Shown one piece after another: positions 47,820-57,274 of a stretch of 64,000 bases of DNA (its first letter is position 1; each line of letters begins with the position of its first letter). The notes below the pieces were generated by a model, which saw only the letters and a list, made by a program, of their open reading frames with translations, did no database searches and was not told where the DNA came from. Position numbers and translations under genes: made by a program. The stretch is from positions 61,007 through 125,006 of the forward strand of contig DASZZM010000039.1 in NCBI GenBank assembly GCA_035544895.1, written 5' to 3'. The stretch comes from Thermoanaerobaculia bacterium (GTDB lineage Bacteria; Acidobacteriota; Thermoanaerobaculia; Multivoradales; UBA5704).

Positions 47820-48579
47820 CTTCGTCCTCCTCCCGCGCCGCAAGGAAATCAGCAAGCTCGCGGTCCCGGCCGCTCTCCGCGGCCGCCCAGTCGCCGACGA
47901 AACGGAAGCGTCCGCCGGCCAGAAAGGCAAGCCGGTCGCCGACCCGGCGGGCCAGCGCGAGGTCATGGGTGATCACCACCGAGGCAACCTCGTACTGCTT
48001 CTCGACGCGCCGGATCAGGCTGCCGATGGCGGCAGAGGTCATGGAGTCGAGGCCGGTGGTGGGCTCGTCGTAGAGCATCAGCTCCGGGTCGAGGGCGAGC
48101 GAGCGCGCCAGCGCCGCCCGTTTCTTCATGCCGCCCGACAGATCGGCGGGCATCTTGTTGCCGGCCCCGGCGAGATGGACCAGGCCCAGCTTCTCTTCGA
48201 CCTTCTCGGCGAGCTCGTCCGGCGCCAGAGCGCCGTGCTCGAGCAGGGGAAACGCGACGTTATCGAAGACGCTCATCGAGTCGAACAGCGCGCCGCCCTG
48301 GAACAGCATTCCCATGCGCCGGCGCAGCGGAAACAGCTCCTCTTCCTCGAGATCGGTCAGCTCGGTGCCGGCGAAGACCACGCTGCCGGAGTCCGGCTTC
48401 TCCAGCCCGTTGAGCTGGCGCAGCAGGACGCTCTTGCCCGAGCCGGACCGGCCGAGGACCACCAGGCACTCGCCCCGCGCGACTTCGAAGTCGATGCCGG
48501 CGAGGACCCGCTTGTCGCCATAGGACTTGGCCAGGCCATAGGCCGCGAGCAGCGGAGGGCGAGCGGAGGTCTCGGTCAT
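47809..48579 (-). CDS. mlaF: MlaF-type ABC transporter ATP-binding protein
   Basis: GRSGSGKS, GMLFQGGALFDSM, LSGGMKKR, LYDEPTTGLD, ITHD. Confidence 0.9.
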   Translation of the reverse strand: MTETSARPPLLAAYGLAKSYGDKRVLAGIDFEVARGECLVVLGRSGSGKSVLLRQLNGLEKPDSGSVVFAGTELTDLEEEELFPLRRRMGMLFQGGALFDSMSVFDNVAFPLLEHGALAPDELAEKVEEKLGLVHLAGAGNKMPADLSGGMKKRAALARSLALDPELMLYDEPTTGLDSMTSAAIGSLIRRVEKQYEVASVVITHDLALARRVGDRLAFLAGGRFRFVGDWAAAESGRDRELADFLAAREEDEDAA

Positions 48580-49346
48580 GAGACGATGATGAACAGCCTG
48601 GTCAGGAAGTAGTCGGAGATCAGCACCATGATGGCGGCGGTGACCACGGTGCGGGTCGTCGAACGGCCGACTCCGTCCGCCCCACCGCTGGTGTGCAGGC
48701 CGTTGAAGCAGGCGACGATGGTGATGAAGTAGGCGAAGAAGAAGGTCTTGCCGAGGCCGCTGGCGACGTCGGTCAGGTTCAGGTTCTGCAGCATGTTGTT
48801 GATGTAGGTGGCGGCCGGCACATTGAGCTGGAAGACGGCGACCAGCAGCCCGCCCAGGATTCCGATGGCGTCGCCCAGGACGGTCAGCGCCGGCAGCATG
48901 ACCAGCGCCGCCACCAGCTTGGGCACCACCAGCTTGCGGACCGGATCGGCGGCCATCGAGCGCATCGCTTCCACCTGCTCGGTCACCTTCATGGTGCCGA
49001 TCTCGGCGGTCATGCCCGCCCCGATCCGCCCGCCGACGATGAGCGCGGTGAGCACCGGCCCCAGCTCGCGCACCAGCGATTTGGAGACCACCGAGCCGAT
49101 GTAGAACTTGACGCCCAGGGTGGGCAAGCTGTAGGCCGTCTGCAACGCCAGCACCATGCCGGTGAAGAGCATGGTGACGCCGGCGACCGACAGCGACCGG
49201 ACGCCTATCTGCTCCATCTGCGCCATCCACAGATCGATCTCGAAGGGCCGCCGGAAGATGGCGGCGAAGGCGCGGCCGGTGAGCTGTGCCAGCTCGCCCG
49301 CGCGCTCGACGAATCCCCGGAAGGTCAGGCGCGGGCCGGCCACCAC
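48576..49346 (-). CDS. mlaE: MlaE-type ABC transporter permease
   Basis: GMVLALQ, RELGPVLTA..VGGR.G...TAEIGTMKVTEQ..A...M..DP; G..GVGRSTT..VV. Real start inside track ORF 48576..50162. Confidence 0.9.
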   Translation of the reverse strand: MVAGPRLTFRGFVERAGELAQLTGRAFAAIFRRPFEIDLWMAQMEQIGVRSLSVAGVTMLFTGMVLALQTAYSLPTLGVKFYIGSVVSKSLVRELGPVLTALIVGGRIGAGMTAEIGTMKVTEQVEAMRSMAADPVRKLVVPKLVAALVMLPALTVLGDAIGILGGLLVAVFQLNVPAATYINNMLQNLNLTDVASGLGKTFFFAYFITIVACFNGLHTSGGADGVGRSTTRTVVTAAIMVLISDYFLTRLFIIVS

Positions 49347-49744
49347 AGGGCGGCGTGGACCAGCCCCAGTCCCAGATCCACTGCCGCCAGGGGATAGAGG
49401 CCGGCGAGCCCCGGAGCCAGGCGGACCGCCAGCAGCAGCGCCACCCCGCCCGCGATGCGGCCGCCGATCGCCACCGCCACGATGCCGCTGTAGCGCCGCG
49501 TGTCGCGCGCCGCGAGCCCGTAGAGCAGGGCGAGCATCAGCAGCAGGATGGCCAGAATCCACAGGTAGAAGGTCCCCGCCGGCAGGGGCGGCAGCGGCAG
49601 CGCGAGGGTGCGGGCCGGCACCCGCGGGGCCGCCACCATGAGGACCGCGAAGGCCGCGTCGTAGAGCGCTCCGGCGACGAGACTGGCGCGCAGCAGGGTC
49701 AGGCAGCGGAAGCGCAAGGCGAAGTGGGCCATGGAAGGCATCAT
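49325..49744 (-). CDS. Small membrane protein (4 predicted TM helices)
   Basis: Hydrophobic 139-aa ORF; TAGAAT 9 nt upstream of ATG; overlaps the mlaE start. Confidence 0.6.
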   Translation of the reverse strand: MMPSMAHFALRFRCLTLLRASLVAGALYDAAFAVLMVAAPRVPARTLALPLPPLPAGTFYLWILAILLLMLALLYGLAARDTRRYSGIVAVAIGGRIAGGVALLLAVRLAPGLAGLYPLAAVDLGLGLVHAALWWPARA

Positions 49745-49847
49745 GGTCCCGGAATTCTAGCCCGGGGACGCCTGGACGGCAGCGCGGCGGCAATGGAGAA
49801 TAGACTTCGGTCCAGAGCAGTCTGTCACTCCTCGGCGCTCGCATGCG

Positions 49848-50693
49848 TTGGCACTCAACCAGCCAGAGATCCCGCCCTTGAACGCCGCGGCGCAGGCGGC
49901 GGCCGGTCGCGGGCAGCCGGACGGAGCCAACATACGCAAAATCCTGGCCACCCTGACGGGCAACCTCTATCTCGTCGTGGGGAGCCTGATGTTGAGCCTG
50001 GTGGCCATCGCGGTCGGCTGGCTGCCGCCGCGCGGCAACTGGTCGCTGCTGGTCATGCGCCTGTGGGCCTGCGCGCTGCTGCGCGCCAGCCTCGTGCGGG
50101 TCGACGCCCGCTTCGCGGCCGAGCTCGATCCGCGGGCGAGCTACGTGTTCCTGCCCAACCACCAGAGCATGTTCGACATCCCGGTGTTGCTCGCGACCGT
50201 CCCCGGGCAGGTGCGGCTGATGGCCAAGCGCAGCCTCTTCCGCATCCCGTTTTTCGGGTGGGCCTTGGCCGCCGGCGCCTTCATATCCGTCGATCGGAAG
50301 GACCGCAGCGGCGCCCGGGAGGCATTTGCCGCCGCGGGCGCCCGGCTGCGGCAGGGGACCTCGATCCTGATGTTTCCCGAGGGCACCCGCTCGTTGATCG
50401 ACACGCTGCTGCCCTTCGAGCGCGGCGGTTTCCTGCTCGCCATACGCAGCGGCCTGCCGATCGTGCCGGTGGGCATTCGCGGCACCCGCGCGGTGCAGCG
50501 CAAGGGGAGTTGGGCGATCCGCCCCGGCAAGGTTACCGTGCGTTACGGCGCTCCACTGCGCGTCGAGGACTTCGGCGTGCGGCGCAAGCGCGAGCTGATA
50601 GAGGAAGTCCGCGCGCGCATCGCGGAACTGGCGGAGATCTCCCTCGCCCCTGGGCAGTCAGAGTCGGCGGCCGCGGGCGGCGACGAAGGCTGA
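49848..50693 (+). CDS. plsC: 1-acyl-sn-glycerol-3-phosphate acyltransferase (LPLAT); start uncertain
   Basis: NHQSMFD, AKRSLFRIP.FGW, FPEGTRS, F.RGGF. Confidence 0.88.
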   Translation: MALNQPEIPPLNAAAQAAAGRGQPDGANIRKILATLTGNLYLVVGSLMLSLVAIAVGWLPPRGNWSLLVMRLWACALLRASLVRVDARFAAELDPRASYVFLPNHQSMFDIPVLLATVPGQVRLMAKRSLFRIPFFGWALAAGAFISVDRKDRSGAREAFAAAGARLRQGTSILMFPEGTRSLIDTLLPFERGGFLLAIRSGLPIVPVGIRGTRAVQRKGSWAIRPGKVTVRYGAPLRVEDFGVRRKRELIEEVRARIAELAEISLAPGQSESAAAGGDEG

Positions 50694-50758
50694 TGAAGAT
50701 GAATGGAAGGCGGGCTCTTTTCCCGAGACTTTGGGGCCGTCATCGAGGAGAATAAGGC

Positions 50759-52108
50759 ATGCCTCCACCGCTCTGCTTCGTCCTCATGCCGTTCGGCCAG
50801 AAGCCCGACGCCGGCGGCGGCCTGGTGGACTTCGACGCGGTCTACCGCGACCTGATCGCCCCCGCGGTCCGCGAGGCAGGGCTCGAGCCCCTGCGCGCCG
50901 ACGAGGAGATGGGGGGCGGGATCATCCACAAGCCGATGTATGAGCGCCTGATCCTCTGCGAGTACGCGGTCGCCGACCTGACCACGGCCAATGCCAACGT
51001 CTACTACGAGCTCGGCCTGCGCCACGCGGTGCGCCCGTGGAGCACCGTCCTGCTGTTTGCCGAGGGCGGGCGCCTCCCCTTCGACGCCGCTCCTCTCCGC
51101 GCCATGCCCTACCGGCTGGCGCCCTCGGGCGCGCCGGTCGACCTCGACACCGCGCGGTCGGGGCTCGTCGCGCGCCTGCAGGAGGCCCGGCGGGCGGCTC
51201 GCGACCGGCCGGCCGCCGACAGCCCGCTCTACCAGCTCGTCGACGGCTATCCCAGCGGCATCGACCATCAACGGACCGACGTCTTCCGCGACCAGGTGCG
51301 CTACTCGGCGGACCAGAAGGCGCGGCTCGCCGCCGCACGCCGAGAGGGCGCCGGCGCGCTGGCCGCGATCGAGACGGAGCTCGGACCGCTCGCCGACGTG
51401 GAGTCGGGGGTGGTAATCGACCTCTTCCTGTCGTATCGCGCCGTCAAAGCCTGGGAACGGATGATCGAGCTCGAAACGAAGATGCCGCGGCCCCTCGCCG
51501 AAACCATCCTCGTGCAGGAGCAGCTCGCGCTGGCGCTCAATCGCGCCGGGCGGGGAGAGGAGGCGGAGCGGGTCCTGCTCGCCCTGCTCGCCAAGCGCGG
51601 CCCGAGCAGCGAGACCTGCGGGATCCTCGGCCGGGTCTACAAGGACCGCTGGGAGAAGGCGGCGAAAGCGGGGGAACCCTACCTCGCCGCCGGCCTTCTC
51701 GGCAAGGCGATCGACGCCTACCGCCGCGGCTTCGAGGCCGACTGGCGCGACGCCTACCCGGGAGTCAACGCGGTGACGCTCATGGAGATCAAGGACCCGC
51801 CCGACCCTGCCCGCCACGAGATCCTGCCCGTCGTCTCCTACGCCGTCGAGCGGCGCATCGCTTCAGCCGCGCCCGACTACTGGGACTTCGCCACCCGCCT
51901 CGAGCTCGCCGTCCTCGGCAAGGACGAGGCGCGGGCGGCCGCCGCTCTCGCCGACACCCTGGCCTCGGTGCGCGAGGTCTGGGAGCCCGAGACCACCGCC
52001 CGCAACCTCCGCCTCATCCGCGAAGCGCGGGAGCGCCGCGGCGAGCGCCTCCCCTGGGCGCGCGAGCTGGAGGAGGCGCTCGACCGGCGCGCCCGCGCTG
52101 GGGGCTAG
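50759..52108 (+). CDS. DUF4071 / MAP3K TRAF-binding-like protein with N-terminal nucleoside-deoxyribosyltransferase-like domain and TPR region
   Basis: CFVLMPFG, RADEE, ADLTTANANVYYELGLRHA, LALNR, SETCGILGRVYKD, YPGVNAVTL, DYWDFAT..E, WE.ETT..NL. Confidence 0.8.
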   Translation: MPPPLCFVLMPFGQKPDAGGGLVDFDAVYRDLIAPAVREAGLEPLRADEEMGGGIIHKPMYERLILCEYAVADLTTANANVYYELGLRHAVRPWSTVLLFAEGGRLPFDAAPLRAMPYRLAPSGAPVDLDTARSGLVARLQEARRAARDRPAADSPLYQLVDGYPSGIDHQRTDVFRDQVRYSADQKARLAAARREGAGALAAIETELGPLADVESGVVIDLFLSYRAVKAWERMIELETKMPRPLAETILVQEQLALALNRAGRGEEAERVLLALLAKRGPSSETCGILGRVYKDRWEKAAKAGEPYLAAGLLGKAIDAYRRGFEADWRDAYPGVNAVTLMEIKDPPDPARHEILPVVSYAVERRIASAAPDYWDFATRLELAVLGKDEARAAAALADTLASVREVWEPETTARNLRLIREARERRGERLPWARELEEALDRRARAGG

Positions 52109-52229
52109 AGCCGCGCGGTCGAGACCCGCCGGCGCGACGCCGTTGCAAGGTCATGGCGGAGGCGAAGAGATCGTCGAGCGTCTGCCACCGGGCTGCCGGC
52201 AGCCGCGAGAAGTGAGAGAGGGGCGACGT

Positions 52230-53042
52230 TTGCCGAAACTTCCTTTGTTTCTCGGCCTCGTCGCTGTGGCGCTCCTCGCGGTCTATTGGAGTCTTCTGTT
52301 CCTGACACAACGTTCGTTGCTCTTCCCCGCCCCGATGGCCGCGGGCGCGCCGGTGCGCCCGGTCGATGCCGAGCAGCTATGGCTCGCAACCGGCTTCGGG
52401 CGCATAGAGGCCTGGTTTCTTCCCCCAACCGGTCCGACCGCCGCCGCGATTCCGCTCATCATCTTCACCCACGGGAACGGTGAATTGATCGACTTCTGGC
52501 CGGCGGCGTTCGACGAGCCACGACGCTGGGGGATCGGTGTCTTGCTGGTCGAGTACCCGGGTTACGGCCGGTCGCCAGGCCGCGCCTCGGAAACGACGAT
52601 CACTCGCGGAGTGCTGGCGGCCTTCGACTGGGCCCGCGGACATCAGGGCATCGATCCAGGTCGGATCGTGGCTTACGGCCGATCGGTCGGCGGCGGAGCG
52701 GCTTGCCAGCTCGCGGCACGGCGTGCAGTGTCAGCTCTCGTCCTGGAATCGACCTTTACGAGTATCCGTTCCTTCGCCCGGGGCTTCGGCGCGCCAGCTT
52801 TTCTGGTTCGTGATCCGTTCGACAACCTTGCCGTCGTCCGGGAATATCGCGGGCCGCTCCTGCTCCTTCATGGCAGCCACGACGACGTCATCGTCCCCAG
52901 CCACAGCCAGGCGCTCGCCGCGGCCGCCCGGCAGGCCGAGCTGCACCTGCTGCCATGTGGACACAACGACTGTCCTCCGCAGTGGCCGCTGCTCCACGCC
53001 TTCCTGGCGCGCCACGGCCTCCTCCCCTCGCCACGACGATAA
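52230..53042 (+). CDS. Alpha/beta hydrolase (ABHD12/13-like); start uncertain
   Basis: HGNGE, EYPGYG.S.G, YGRSVGG, ESTFTS, HG..D.VI, HND. Confidence 0.85.
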   Translation: MPKLPLFLGLVAVALLAVYWSLLFLTQRSLLFPAPMAAGAPVRPVDAEQLWLATGFGRIEAWFLPPTGPTAAAIPLIIFTHGNGELIDFWPAAFDEPRRWGIGVLLVEYPGYGRSPGRASETTITRGVLAAFDWARGHQGIDPGRIVAYGRSVGGGAACQLAARRAVSALVLESTFTSIRSFARGFGAPAFLVRDPFDNLAVVREYRGPLLLLHGSHDDVIVPSHSQALAAAARQAELHLLPCGHNDCPPQWPLLHAFLARHGLLPSPRR

Positions 53043-53051
53043 GCTAAGCGC

Positions 53052-53111
53052 GTGGTGATCCGTTGGACGGCGTCCGGCCCCGCCGAGGTCGAGATCTGCG
53101 ACTACCACTGA
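53052..53111 (+). pseudogene. higB: C-terminal remnant of HigB-type toxin
   Basis: Reads VVIRWTASGPAEVEICDYH*, matching the typical HigB ending (F.W....A.DVEI.DYH); only about 19 codons survive. Confidence 0.6.
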
Positions 53112-53120
53112 GGTGCCATC

Positions 53121-53324
53121 ATGAGCGTGACCACGAGGCGAAGGGAACCCACGACGCCGGGCGAGATCCTGCGGGAGGAATTCCTGGTCCCTCTGCGCGT
53201 CGAGCTGCTGAGGGACACGGACGATCAGCCGTTGCCCGACCGGGTACTCACCGCTGCCTCCCCCGGCGCCTTTAGCGGCCGGAGGCCACTCCCGGTCAGG
53301 TGTAGGTCTGGCGCCGGCGGATGA
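53121..53324 (+). pseudogene. higA: HigA antitoxin remnant with HTH core missing
   Basis: PTTPGEILREEFLVPL is a typical HigA N-terminus, after which similarity is lost; directly downstream of the higB remnant. Confidence 0.65.
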
Positions 53325-54960
53325 GGCTGGCGACGGCCAGCAGGGCCGCGGCGAGGGCGAGGTAGAGGAGGGGGTGGACGGCGGGTCGGGGGGCGGAGAG
53401 GCAGGTGAAGTCGAGCAGCGCGACGCGGTTCATCGGGCCGCAGTACCAGAGGAGAAGGTAGACGATCTCGAAAAGGCGGGGCGAGCCGCTGGCGGCGCCG
53501 AGGGCGAGGGCGAGGCTGGGGACGAAAAGGCAGCCCGCGAGCCAGCCCGTGAGGCCGGCGGCGTCGCTGGCGAAGGCAAGCCGGAGCGCCACGCCGGCGC
53601 CGGCGGCCGCGGCGACCAGGACTCCGGCGGCCCAGATCGCGGCGGCGTGCCGCCATGGAGAGCTGGCGCCGGCAACGATGAGCTCCCGGGTTCCGTGCCG
53701 AGTCTCGCGGGTGCCCATGGCCGAGAAGAGCGGCAGAGGCCAGATCCAGGCCAGCGCGAGCAGGGTGCCGCGGGCCTCGCCCGCGGGCACCGCCAGGCCA
53801 GCCACCACGAGCGCGGCCGCGCCGGCGAACCACCAGCGGCTGCGCCCCTTGACCATCAGCCTGACCTCGGCCGCCACGAGGACGGCGGCGCCGCCGCCTA
53901 AGCGCCGGGCAGCGACCCGGCGCGCCAGAATCGACCGCTGGGCAGGGACCCAGAGCGCCAGAATTGATTGCCGGGCAGCGACCCGGCGCGCCAGAATCGA
54001 CCGCTGGGCAGGGACCCAGCGCGTCAGGATCGACCGCCGGACATGGACCCGGCGCCGGCGCGGCGCGGCGGGCGCCAGCCCAGGCGTGGACGGGGGCGAC
54101 CTCTCGCCGCGCGGCCGCTCGCGTGCCGGATCGAAACGGGAGAAGGGGAGGGCGGCCAAGAGGGCCAGGGCGGCAGCGGCCGCGAGCCAGGTCAACCGGC
54201 GCGCCGCCAGCCCGGTGGTCCACGCGACCCCCTGCCAGGTAAAGGCGGCGCGGATATCGGCGCCCGGGCCGAGATTGAGCGACAGTCCTCTCTCTTTGCC
54301 ATCGGCTGTAGGGCCGAGGTAACGCTCCAGGCTGGCGTGCACGGCGCCGATCCCGACGAGGTCGCCGGCGGGCACCAGGATGGAGGCGCTGATAGCGGCG
54401 GTCCACAGGAAGAAATACAGGACGTTGCCCAGCGTGCCGCGCAGCCAGCTCACGGCCTCGAAGAAGACCGCGGCGGCGGCCGTCAGAGCGATCGGCGGCA
54501 GCGCCAGCCAGGCGATGGGGGCGAGCAGCGCGGCCAGGTCGAGCCGGCGGTCTTCGCCGGCAAGGAGTTGCAGCACGGCCGCCGCCAGCGCCAGAAGCGC
54601 GACGATCACCGCTAAGAGCAGGAAGTTCGACAGTGCCTTGCCCATGGTGTAGGCGCGGCGCGACAAGGGAGTCGCGGCAAGAATCTCACCCACTCCCGTC
54701 CGCCGGTCCCACTCGAGGGTGTTCTTGACCAGGTAGAAACCGGCCAGTGGAAGGAGCGTGCCGATGAAGAGACCCATCAGAGTCCCCATCCATGCCGAGT
54801 TGAGCACGCCGCGCTGCCCGGCAATGCTCAGGTGGACGTAGCCGGCGTTGATCAGGTAGCAGAAATAGAGGGTCGCCGCCAGGGTGAGGAGGAAGCTGGA
54901 CCGCCGCGCCCGCTCCCGGAAATCGGCGCGCGCCAGCTCGGCCACCGCCCGTGAGCTCAC
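53296..54960 (-). CDS. ABC-2-type exporter permease (double-domain) with internal repeat insertion
   Basis: LARADFRER.RR; EILAATPLSR..Y..GK; multiple TM helices; start overlaps the ABC ATPase stop. Confidence 0.8.
   Translation of the reverse strand: MSSRAVAELARADFRERARRSSFLLTLAATLYFCYLINAGYVHLSIAGQRGVLNSAWMGTLMGLFIGTLLPLAGFYLVKNTLEWDRRTGVGEILAATPLSRRAYTMGKALSNFLLLAVIVALLALAAAVLQLLAGEDRRLDLAALLAPIAWLALPPIALTAAAAVFFEAVSWLRGTLGNVLYFFLWTAAISASILVPAGDLVGIGAVHASLERYLGPTADGKERGLSLNLGPGADIRAAFTWQGVAWTTGLAARRLTWLAAAAALALLAALPFSRFDPARERPRGERSPPSTPGLAPAAPRRRRVHVRRSILTRWVPAQRSILARRVAARQSILALWVPAQRSILARRVAARRLGGGAAVLVAAEVRLMVKGRSRWWFAGAAALVVAGLAVPAGEARGTLLALAWIWPLPLFSAMGTRETRHGTRELIVAGASSPWRHAAAIWAAGVLVAAAAGAGVALRLAFASDAAGLTGWLAGCLFVPSLALALGAASGSPRLFEIVYLLLWYCGPMNRVALLDFTCLSAPRPAVHPLLYLALAAALLAVASLIRRRQTYT
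53905..54036 (-). repeat. 2 x 66-bp (4 x 33-bp degenerate) tandem repeat within the permease
   Basis: Units 53905-53970 and 53971-54036; protein (R/Q)SIL(T/A)(R/L)WVPAQRSILARRVAAR twice. Confidence 0.9.
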
Positions 54961-55847
54961 GCCGCGGCTCTCTGCCGCGCCGCCGCGACACGGTGGAGAT
55001 AGGCATCCTCGAGGGTGGGTGGCAGGGCGGTCGCCGCGAGGCCAGGGGGCTGCTCGGCGACGACGCGCAGCTGGATGCCGTCGCCGCGCCGCATGGTGCC
55101 GCTGACCAGCCAGCGCTCGCGCGCCGCCGCCAGCTCGGCGCTCGGCACGGTCCATCCCCAGACGCGCCCGGCTACCGCGCGCAGCAGCTCTTCAGGCGCG
55201 GCGCGGACGACCAGGCGCCCGCGGTCGATGACCGCGATGTCAGTGGCCACCGACTCGACGTCCGACACGATGTGGGTGGAAAGGATGACGATCCGCTCGC
55301 CGGAGAGCTCGGCGAGGAGGTTGCGGAAACGCACCCGCTCTTCGGGATCGAGCCCCACCGTCGGCTCGTCGACGATCAGCAGGCGGGGGTCGTTGAGCAG
55401 CGCCTGCGCGATGCCGACTCGCTGCTTCATGCCTCCCGAGAAGTCGCCGAGCGGCCGGTCTGCCGCCGCGCCGAGGCCGACCAGGTCGAGGAGCTCGCGG
55501 ATGCGCGCGCGGGCGTGGCGGGCCGCGAGTCCTTTGACCGCGGCCAGGTACTCGAGGAACTCGCTGGCCGACAGATTAGGGTAGACGCCGAAGTCCTGCG
55601 GCAGGTAGCCGAGCGCCTGGCGCAACGCCCGCGGATGGCGCCCGACGTCCTCACCGTTCCAGCGCACCACGCCGGTCGAAGGACGCGTGACCGTGGCGAG
55701 GATGCGCATCAGCGTCGACTTGCCGGCGCCGTTCGGTCCCAGCAGGCCGAGGATCCCGGCCTCGAGCCGCAAGCTGAAGTCGACCAGTGCCTGCGTGCCG
55801 CCGCGGTAAGTCTTGCCGACCCGATCGATCTCCAGCCGTATCGTCAT
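54957..55847 (-). CDS. ABC transporter ATP-binding protein
   Basis: GPNGAGKST, GYLPQDFG.YP, FSGGMKQRVGIAQALL, VDEPTVGLDPEER, LSTHIV. Confidence 0.95.
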   Translation of the reverse strand: MTIRLEIDRVGKTYRGGTQALVDFSLRLEAGILGLLGPNGAGKSTLMRILATVTRPSTGVVRWNGEDVGRHPRALRQALGYLPQDFGVYPNLSASEFLEYLAAVKGLAARHARARIRELLDLVGLGAAADRPLGDFSGGMKQRVGIAQALLNDPRLLIVDEPTVGLDPEERVRFRNLLAELSGERIVILSTHIVSDVESVATDIAVIDRGRLVVRAAPEELLRAVAGRVWGWTVPSAELAAARERWLVSGTMRRGDGIQLRVVAEQPPGLAATALPPTLEDAYLHRVAAARQRAAA

Positions 55848-55909
55848 CGATTGATTTACGCTGCGGGCGCCGACAAGTTGCCGGTCCGGCGGCGGGCTGG
55901 TGGCTAGAG

Positions 55910-55990
55910 CGAAACTCGTTGGTGCGCGAGGGGAGGGGGCGTCCCCTTCCCCCCCGGAGGGGAGGGAAGGGGATCGAGGGGTTGCGGGGG
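55910..55990 (+). repeat. REP-like/palindromic intergenic element
   Basis: GGGGAGGGGGCGTCCCCTTCCCCCCCGGAGGGGAGGGAAGGGG can form a hairpin; core shared with 35373, 26515 (reverse) and degenerate 33422. Confidence 0.6.
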
Positions 55991-56059
55991 GCGATCCGAT
56001 AGATTGGAGGCCGCCACCGCCAATCAGCGAGCGCGGTTTCCCCGGGGCCGTCCACCCGG

Positions 56060-57202
56060 TCATGCGGCCCAAACATTATCGCGCGAGCGGCCTTCCAGCT
56101 TGCTGCGGTAGAGGGCTTCGTCGGCGCGGCGGGTGACCTCGGACAGCGTCCTGCCATGCTTGGGGCAGGCCGCCACTCCCATCGAGACCGAGATCGGCAG
56201 CACCGCGTTGCCGTCGATCTTGAGGGGATGGTCGCCGAGATAGGAGCGCACCCGGCGGCAATAGGCCAGGGCGCCTGCTTCGGAGGCGTTGGCCAGCCGG
56301 ACGATGAACTCGTCGCCGCCGATGCGTGAGCACAGGTCGTCGCTGCGCGCGGCGCTGCGAATGGCGTCGGCGACGGTGCGGATCAGCTCCGAGCCGATGG
56401 CATGGCCGTGCGTGTCGTTGACCGACTTCAGGCGGTCCGCGTCCACCATGACGATGGTGTAGGGCCCTCCCAGCTTGTCGCGGAGGTCGGCGGCCGAGGT
56501 GAAGTAGCGCACGTTGGGCAGTCCGGTCAGGCCGTCGGTGTGCGCCTGAAGGAAAAGCGAGCGATGAAGGTTGGCCCCCAGCGCGCCGGTCTCGGCCGAG
56601 AAGTAGGCGACCAGCCATACCCCGGTGAGCGGCCATACCAGGTTGACCGCGAAATCCGCCCACTCGCGGCGTGGCGCCAGGCCGAGAGTCGTGCCGACGC
56701 CGGCGCCGAGCGGCAGGATGATGCCGAGCACCAGCAGAGTGGCGGCCCCCGCCTTGCCATAGGTCTGGGCGCGGCTGGTCGATGGCGTGCTGGCGAAGAT
56801 GACCATGTAGTAGAGGAAGAAGAACGGGCTTCGCCCTGCGCCCGTGAACAGGACTACGGCGGTGATCCAGGAGAGATCGATGCCGGTCTCGGCCCACATC
56901 CGCTCCTCCAGGGAGAAGCGGGCGAAGAGCCGCGAGTGCAGCGCCAGGGTGTAGAGCACCATGCTGCCGGCCAGCACGAGGAGAGTGGCGAGCTCCGGGG
57001 AGAGCGAGAGCCGGAAGCCGCCACTCCACGGCGACCGCGGGTTGGCGTCTTCCGATACCAAGGCATAGAGGATGACGAGCGCCGCCGCCAGCCAGTGGAG
57101 ATTGCGCACCAGCGCGGAGTAGGAGGCAAAGCGCTCCCGCTCGATGGCCGCGAGGGCGCCGGAGCCCTCCAGCGTGCGGAACGCGGTCTCTTCGTGAGGC
57201 AT
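56060..57202 (-). CDS. Membrane-bound diguanylate cyclase
   Basis: Multi-TM N-terminus; TDGLTGLPN, D.DRLK.VNDTHGH..G, RSDD I-site, RIGGDEF, ADEALY.SK..GR. Confidence 0.93.
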   Translation of the reverse strand: MPHEETAFRTLEGSGALAAIERERFASYSALVRNLHWLAAALVILYALVSEDANPRSPWSGGFRLSLSPELATLLVLAGSMVLYTLALHSRLFARFSLEERMWAETGIDLSWITAVVLFTGAGRSPFFFLYYMVIFASTPSTSRAQTYGKAGAATLLVLGIILPLGAGVGTTLGLAPRREWADFAVNLVWPLTGVWLVAYFSAETGALGANLHRSLFLQAHTDGLTGLPNVRYFTSAADLRDKLGGPYTIVMVDADRLKSVNDTHGHAIGSELIRTVADAIRSAARSDDLCSRIGGDEFIVRLANASEAGALAYCRRVRSYLGDHPLKIDGNAVLPISVSMGVAACPKHGRTLSEVTRRADEALYRSKLEGRSRDNVWAA

Positions 57203-57274
57203 GTGACGCTCCGTCGGCTCCCGCGATGATACCAAGGATGCCGGAGCACGGTCTGGCAAGTGTTTCCAGCCGCG

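Noticed and set aside
43331-49346. Sugar-nucleotide genes next to mlaDFE as a new envelope system
   Set aside because: All are common families in a plausible core envelope operon; nothing unusual beyond adjacency.
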